This document shows positions 59,027-64,000 of a stretch of DNA of 64,000 bases, in pieces (within the stretch, counting starts at the first letter, position 1; the number at the start of each line of letters is the position of its first letter). The notes under the pieces were generated by a model. It was given only the letters and a program-made list of their open reading frames with translations. It was not told the DNA's origin and ran no database searches. The DNA comes from a virus. Lineage: Duplodnaviria > Caudoviricetes. The stretch spans positions 1 to 64,000 of IMG/VR virus record IMGVR_UViG_3300042269_000666; one strand, written 5' to 3'. A program made the translations under genes and the position numbers.

Positions 59027-59535
59027 TTTTCCGGTTCTCCCTCGAATGTTATCTGCAATTCATAATCTTCGCCGTCATCGAGTTCAACTTCATCATAAAC
59101 GATCTTCCAGCAATATTTCTCATGATCATATCCCGACCAGCCAAACTGCCGTTGAAAAACTCCAATGACAAAATGCCCATCATACACATCATCCATAGTA
59201 GCTGGATTCTTATCGTTTTCATGTATCATTTTCTTTGCTTCTTCAAGCGATTTAGCGAATCCAAGCGAATGATAAACTTCATCGCTCGTGATGTTTCTGA
59301 TTTCAAAAATATTTTCGCTTATTTCTCCACAGGCATTGTTAGCCTCTTCCATGATTATATAATCTTCATCGGGAACAAAAATATCATGCCATTCTTCATT
59401 GTCAGGGCAGTGAAACTTTGCACCATAACACCCGAAAAATTCATGTTCTGTCATTGATTCGACTTCAATATCTTCATGGCAAACTTCGCCGTTACCTTGA
59501 AATGTTTTTACTCTAACTTTCACAACTCGCCTCAC
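59023..59535 (-). CDS. Hypothetical phage protein
   Basis: Acidic ORF coupled to neighbours by 4-nt overlaps. Confidence 0.55.
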   Translation of the reverse strand: MRRVVKVRVKTFQGNGEVCHEDIEVESMTEHEFFGCYGAKFHCPDNEEWHDIFVPDEDYIIMEEANNACGEISENIFEIRNITSDEVYHSLGFAKSLEEAKKMIHENDKNPATMDDVYDGHFVIGVFQRQFGWSGYDHEKYCWKIVYDEVELDDGEDYELQITFEGEPEK

Positions 59536-60371
59536 TTGTTTTCTTTTTCATACGCTTTGACGAATTCAGCAACACCGTACCCTGCATATTTGTGGGGCTC
59601 TGCGAATTTGTCTGCACATGCTTCTGTACCGTTGCAGTGTTCTTCGGGAATTTTACATTCATAACATGGAGATTTGCATGGTCCCAGAATATTGATATAG
59701 CAGTCCCGGACGTGAACAGGTTTCAAGAGTTCCTTAAGGGCTTGTCGTATTGCGGTGTCAATTGCAGTATTGAATAAATCCATCCTTTCAGATGCCGGAT
59801 TTATCCATCCGCATTTATCAAGGTCATCGTAAGCACGCTTCCGAAGACACTCCATCTCATCAAAAAGATTATTATAAATTTTATCGAGTTCTTCTTTAGA
59901 AAAATCTTCCTTTTTTTTATCAAGAAGTCCATGCTTTTTTTCCCATAATCGTAGAGCATGTTTGTCACGGCGATTCCATTTGCCCTTAGGAACTGCAAAA
60001 GGATAACCGTTTTCACGAGCCAACCGTTGTGCATCGGCGTTTTTAATGAGAAACGGCATACATCTTAGTCTATGTAATTCTTGATATTTTTCTTTTGAGA
60101 ATCGAACCCCGAATGAACAACTAGCACTTGAATTGCCTTTGATCATTACCCATAGATAAACCCCGTTCAAAGGAGTTGTCAGCACCCAAGACGCTAGTGT
60201 TTTGTAATCATCATAGCCCTCAAAACTGAATCCGAAACGCCGCAAGAGGTAAGCGGTTGCGTGACCATAATCGAACTTATCACCATATATTTCCTGGGCT
60301 ATTTTGCCCGGGTTTAATTCTCCCCCTGAGCCGAAACCATTTAAAAATTCTTCACCTGTGTACTGTTGCAT
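59532..60371 (-). CDS. Hypothetical phage protein
   Basis: AGGAG RBS; long ORF in early/middle operon. Confidence 0.6.
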   Translation of the reverse strand: MQQYTGEEFLNGFGSGGELNPGKIAQEIYGDKFDYGHATAYLLRRFGFSFEGYDDYKTLASWVLTTPLNGVYLWVMIKGNSSASCSFGVRFSKEKYQELHRLRCMPFLIKNADAQRLARENGYPFAVPKGKWNRRDKHALRLWEKKHGLLDKKKEDFSKEELDKIYNNLFDEMECLRKRAYDDLDKCGWINPASERMDLFNTAIDTAIRQALKELLKPVHVRDCYINILGPCKSPCYECKIPEEHCNGTEACADKFAEPHKYAGYGVAEFVKAYEKENK

Positions 60372-60385
60372 AAGTATCTCCTTTT

Positions 60386-60775
60386 TTATAAGTTTTTATT
60401 CTCAACCCTGACGAAAATACCAGGTACTTCAGAATGATATTTCTCGATGGTTTCTGAATAGACCTGAGAATCATCGTTCCAATATCCTGTTTTAGTCATT
60501 GCGTCCTTTACCAGCTTGATCAGATTATCTGTATCGGGGCGTGTAAGCTTGGGAATAACACCGCTTTTACCTTTGAGATGCGGAAAGTTGAACGTAACCG
60601 TCAATTTTATAGCACCAGTAAAGGGCTTTTCAGGCTTATACAACTCCATTACAGCTTGCCAGAATGCGGTAGCTTTTTTCAGGTTGTCACCTTTGTAACC
60701 GCCTTTCTTATTTTGTCTGCGCTGCTGTGCGGTGGTCTTGGGAATGACGCATTCATGATAGAATTCAATTTTCAC
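60386..60775 (-). CDS. rusA: RusA-like Holliday junction resolvase
   Basis: KLTRPDTDNLIKLVKDAM..GYWNDDSQV. Confidence 0.88.
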   Translation of the reverse strand: MKIEFYHECVIPKTTAQQRRQNKKGGYKGDNLKKATAFWQAVMELYKPEKPFTGAIKLTVTFNFPHLKGKSGVIPKLTRPDTDNLIKLVKDAMTKTGYWNDDSQVYSETIEKYHSEVPGIFVRVENKNL

Positions 60776-62982
60776 TTTGTTTCTCCTTTGGGAAATACAA
60801 GCCCGTTTTTATAGTTAAGCTTGTTACATGAAGTAATCCGTTTGCGCACTGACTGCTCACCGATCCCAAGATATTCAGCCATGTCTTTAACTGTTACAGG
60901 CTCACTACTACCCATATTCACCGCGTTATAAGCCTTGAACGTTTCATCACTGGTTTGCTTTTTCTTATTGGCAACAGCTTCTTTGCGCGATGGCTTAGGA
61001 GCTGGTTCACCGATTGCAAGGCAGTCCGCTAATTCGTCATTATCATCAACTGGGTGAGTCGGATAATCGAAAAAGCAGTTAATGGGCTTGAATGACGCAA
61101 ATTCACGCAGAATACCGCCTATGCGCCATGCTGTGAGCTTTTCAGCATTAATACGAGCATGAGGGCGCACTGAACGCATAACGTCTCCTAAGCCGTGCTT
61201 TTCTGCCCAGTCCGCAAGATGGTTGCCGTTTGTGATTGTATCCTGATCACAATCATCCATCCAATCCGGCCTTGCCTTGCCAAAAGCGGCAATCATGGCT
61301 TCACATTCCCGAACGTTTATGATCTGTTTGCGTTTAGCGTCGGTAATATCAAGCTGTATCATGTCGAGCAATGCGTCAGGATCACGAGCGAAAACGCCGG
61401 AACCGCTTGCACGGTCATGTGCTGATTTCTGCCCCTGCTGACCTTTTGAATGATGATGACAGTAGATTACTGACGCTTTCAGCTCATGACATACCTTGTC
61501 AAACTGGTTACAGAACTTTGCCATCTGATCGGCTGAGTTTTCATCACCCGTGATAACCTTGTAAATCGGGTCGATTATGATTGCTATGTAGTTCTTTTTT
61601 ATGGCTCGTCTGATCAATTTGGGCGCAAGCTTATCCATTGCCATGGACTGACCGCGCAAGTGCCACATATCAATCAAACTGGCATTTTTCATAGGCAAGC
61701 CCATAGCCTTGTAAACGTCTGCCAAACGATGATAACAGCTTGCCCTGTCCAACTCCAAGTTTACATAGAGCACACGCCCCTGAGTGCATAGCCAGCCCAG
61801 CCACTTAACGCCCTCAGCGATTGCTACAGCTAATTCAAGCTGCAGGAAACTTTTGCCAGCCTTTGACGGTCCCGATAACAGCATTTTATGGCCTTGGCGC
61901 AAAATTCCCTCTATCAGGTTATCAGCCAGCGCAGGAGGATTTTTAACAAACTCCTCAGAGTTTTCCACGTCCGGCAAATCATCATTTAAGGCGGCAATCC
62001 AGTCTTCCCAGTCTTTCCATGAATCCTGACCAATATTGATATCAACAAGGCGTTGCTGCTTGCCGTTGCGTGTGGCACCAGGCAGACGCGAAAGCCGTGA
62101 GGGATTGCGGTTCTGACGGTCGATTACCAGTCCGTTACGCTTGCAAACGTCATACAGGAAATCAACTCGTTTCTGATATTCCTTGTAGTCCGGAGCGTCG
62201 ACTTTTACAATAGCATGCAAAGATTTACCGCCTGAATGAACCAGCGCGGCAACAGGCAGTTCCAGTTCTTTGATGATCGTATACTGACGCTCAATGCTGA
62301 TTACATCGGATTCAACAAGCGCATAGCGGTACTCGGTTACATTCTTATCAAAAGAACCGTTCCCGTCCATTGGATTAAAGCGAATCCAAGCACCGCATTC
62401 TTCCGGCCAGTCCCCGATTACTTCGCCAAGTTCCTTGGCTTTTTGCAATTCCTCAATCAATTCTCCTGCTGTACGTTTGGACGCTCCACGCTTGGGCATC
62501 CACTTGTAACTGCCGTCTGGATTGTCGACCTGGTACGCATCGGCAACAATACAGACGTGTTCGTCTACCTGAAAAACAGTTTGCAGGTATTTGGTCAGGT
62601 CATTGACTCCGCTCCAATTCATCGGGGCAGGAGGAAGTTCTTTTTCTTCGAGCCATTCTTCCTTGATGACTTTCAGTTCATCAACCTTGATCGTGTCGTT
62701 CCAGTCAAGTTTTCCTGCAACGTTGGGGATATAACTATCTTCCCATACCACAGGCTGCTTACGTCCGTATTCGACGGCCTGTTGCCATTTCTTTTTGCCC
62801 TCTTTCGCGTCAAGGCACAGCCCTACAGCCAAGTTTTCCAAGTCCAGCATTTCAGATTGAGAGATGGCGCCGCCAGCCGCATAGCCGCCAGCTAAACGCC
62901 CGACATCACGGAGGCAAAGGTGCATTTCACCCTGAATCATGCCCTCTTTAAGTTTCTGACCGACAATTTCACTTGCTTTCAT
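60772..62982 (-). CDS. Primase-like/AAA_25 (RepA-type SF4) helicase replication protein
   Basis: ALVESD, HSGGKSLH, NRNPSRLSRLPG; GPSKAGKS Walker A, IIIDP Walker B, HHHSKG. Confidence 0.88.
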   Translation of the reverse strand: MKASEIVGQKLKEGMIQGEMHLCLRDVGRLAGGYAAGGAISQSEMLDLENLAVGLCLDAKEGKKKWQQAVEYGRKQPVVWEDSYIPNVAGKLDWNDTIKVDELKVIKEEWLEEKELPPAPMNWSGVNDLTKYLQTVFQVDEHVCIVADAYQVDNPDGSYKWMPKRGASKRTAGELIEELQKAKELGEVIGDWPEECGAWIRFNPMDGNGSFDKNVTEYRYALVESDVISIERQYTIIKELELPVAALVHSGGKSLHAIVKVDAPDYKEYQKRVDFLYDVCKRNGLVIDRQNRNPSRLSRLPGATRNGKQQRLVDINIGQDSWKDWEDWIAALNDDLPDVENSEEFVKNPPALADNLIEGILRQGHKMLLSGPSKAGKSFLQLELAVAIAEGVKWLGWLCTQGRVLYVNLELDRASCYHRLADVYKAMGLPMKNASLIDMWHLRGQSMAMDKLAPKLIRRAIKKNYIAIIIDPIYKVITGDENSADQMAKFCNQFDKVCHELKASVIYCHHHSKGQQGQKSAHDRASGSGVFARDPDALLDMIQLDITDAKRKQIINVRECEAMIAAFGKARPDWMDDCDQDTITNGNHLADWAEKHGLGDVMRSVRPHARINAEKLTAWRIGGILREFASFKPINCFFDYPTHPVDDNDELADCLAIGEPAPKPSRKEAVANKKKQTSDETFKAYNAVNMGSSEPVTVKDMAEYLGIGEQSVRKRITSCNKLNYKNGLVFPKGETK

Positions 62983-63824
62983 CAGTTATCCTCATCTTCA
63001 TCGACATAAACGTATTTGCCATCAACCAGCTTGTAATCTTCTTTTCTGTCAGGTCTGAGCCTGAAAGCAATTTCATAAGCTTCTTTACTGCAATCTTCTA
63101 CTGGTGCTATTCCACCCACTCCATTTTGAGCTTGTCCACAACCGCAGTTGCTGCCTGTATCTTCATCGCTCCATTCGTAATAGAATTTTACCTCTGGGAA
63201 CATCTTGGATATTTTGTATATCAGATTAGGAACTCCATTCCATGCCGTTTCAAAATCAAACATGCCGTCATTGATACGTTCACAACTGTATGAATTCCAT
63301 TTTGTGCCCCATTTTTCACGGCTCCATGAATACCAGGTAGCGTGTCCATATTTTTCCATGTTTTCGGCATAAATAAATCCACGTTCAATCATTTCTTTTT
63401 TTCTTTCAAGAGGAGCTTCCCAAAAGCGATTAAGATATAATTGAATATTGCCGAATATACTTTCAGTTTTTCCGGTAAGGACTGCGTAACCAGTCTCGCC
63501 GATTGTGCCCGATTCTACATTTAGAGATTCAGGCATCGGAACGATCTTATCAAAATCTGGGAATCGTATCCATTCTTCTGTATAATCCTGTTCAAAGTCT
63601 TCTGGAGCACCATTTACTGGGTCTTGTCCCATTTTGGTAAATAGGTTAGTTTCTTCTTCAAGCCACCCGTAAGTGTGCTTTTGTGTTTTATGCTTAAAAA
63701 TAAGCTTTCCGTCAAAAGCTTTTCTTTTTTCTCTTGGAAAATGAGTACTCAGTTGCTCGTACACTGCGTTAATCTGCACTTGGGTTCCCATGATGTGAAT
63801 TCTGTTTTTGATGTGATTAGGCAT
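62982..63824 (-). CDS. DUF1281/YubB ferredoxin-like domain protein
   Basis: MPNH, WYSWSREKWGTKWN, FETAW. Confidence 0.7.
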   Translation of the reverse strand: MPNHIKNRIHIMGTQVQINAVYEQLSTHFPREKRKAFDGKLIFKHKTQKHTYGWLEEETNLFTKMGQDPVNGAPEDFEQDYTEEWIRFPDFDKIVPMPESLNVESGTIGETGYAVLTGKTESIFGNIQLYLNRFWEAPLERKKEMIERGFIYAENMEKYGHATWYSWSREKWGTKWNSYSCERINDGMFDFETAWNGVPNLIYKISKMFPEVKFYYEWSDEDTGSNCGCGQAQNGVGGIAPVEDCSKEAYEIAFRLRPDRKEDYKLVDGKYVYVDEDEDN

Positions 63825-63827
63825 GGT

Positions 63828-64000
63828 TTACTTTCCTTTTGAGGTTATATGATTGCGGTAAACATTTCTTTCCTGAAAGTCTGATGCTGTCAGCATTATA
63901 GGAAGTTCAAAGTTATAAATTCCGAGTTGTCCTTTGCAGGGAATAGGCTTATTCAGAAGCACGGGATTGTCGATCACCCAATGCCAAGGTGCATCCATAG
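63828..64000 (-). CDS. Partial ORF, ASCH-like C-terminus
   Basis: WHWVIDNPVLLNKPIPCKGQLGIYNF; 5' end outside window. Confidence 0.55.
   Translation of the reverse strand, partial: MDAPWHWVIDNPVLLNKPIPCKGQLGIYNFELPIMLTASDFQERNVYRNHITSKGK

Larger units (their letters stand above)
30216..64000. mobile_element. Prophage 2, integrated at tRNA-Leu; right end outside window
   Basis: att fragment + tyrosine integrase, then terminase, portal, capsid, tail, RusA, primase-helicase. Confidence 0.92.

Overview
The whole window is mobile DNA: two back-to-back prophages and no host housekeeping genes. Prophage 1 (1 to about 30.2 kb, mostly + strand, visibly GC-richer) shows the right half of a long-tailed phage. 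It runs from tape measure and tail genes through a large modular fibre/adhesin region (collagen, LRR, beta-helix, propeller, Ig-like) and a lipoprotein. It then has an early-type operon with amidoligase/glutamine amidotransferase/GGCT, a DUF2924 plus large serine recombinase module, and an AT-rich defence-type cargo (C5 methyltransferase, GHKL-histidine kinase, receiver protein, Vsr, DUF4365-like nuclease). Prophage 2 (30.2 kb to beyond 64 kb, AT-richer) starts at a duplicated 3' half of tRNA-Leu(TAA) next to a tyrosine integrase. It carries an apparently complete, intact set of virion genes plus RusA and a primase-helicase. The most striking observation is that prophage 2's virion genes are shuffled into blocks in both orientations (terL about 21 kb from terS; tape measure and tail-tip blocks inverted). 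Most blocks start with the same TTGACA-(15 nt)-A-run/RBS motif, and the new junctions are translationally coupled. The two prophages share a mosaic tail module, including a conserved 61-aa antisense mini-gene. All functional calls come from motifs read by eye; no searches were run. A PVC-superphylum host is only a weak impression.
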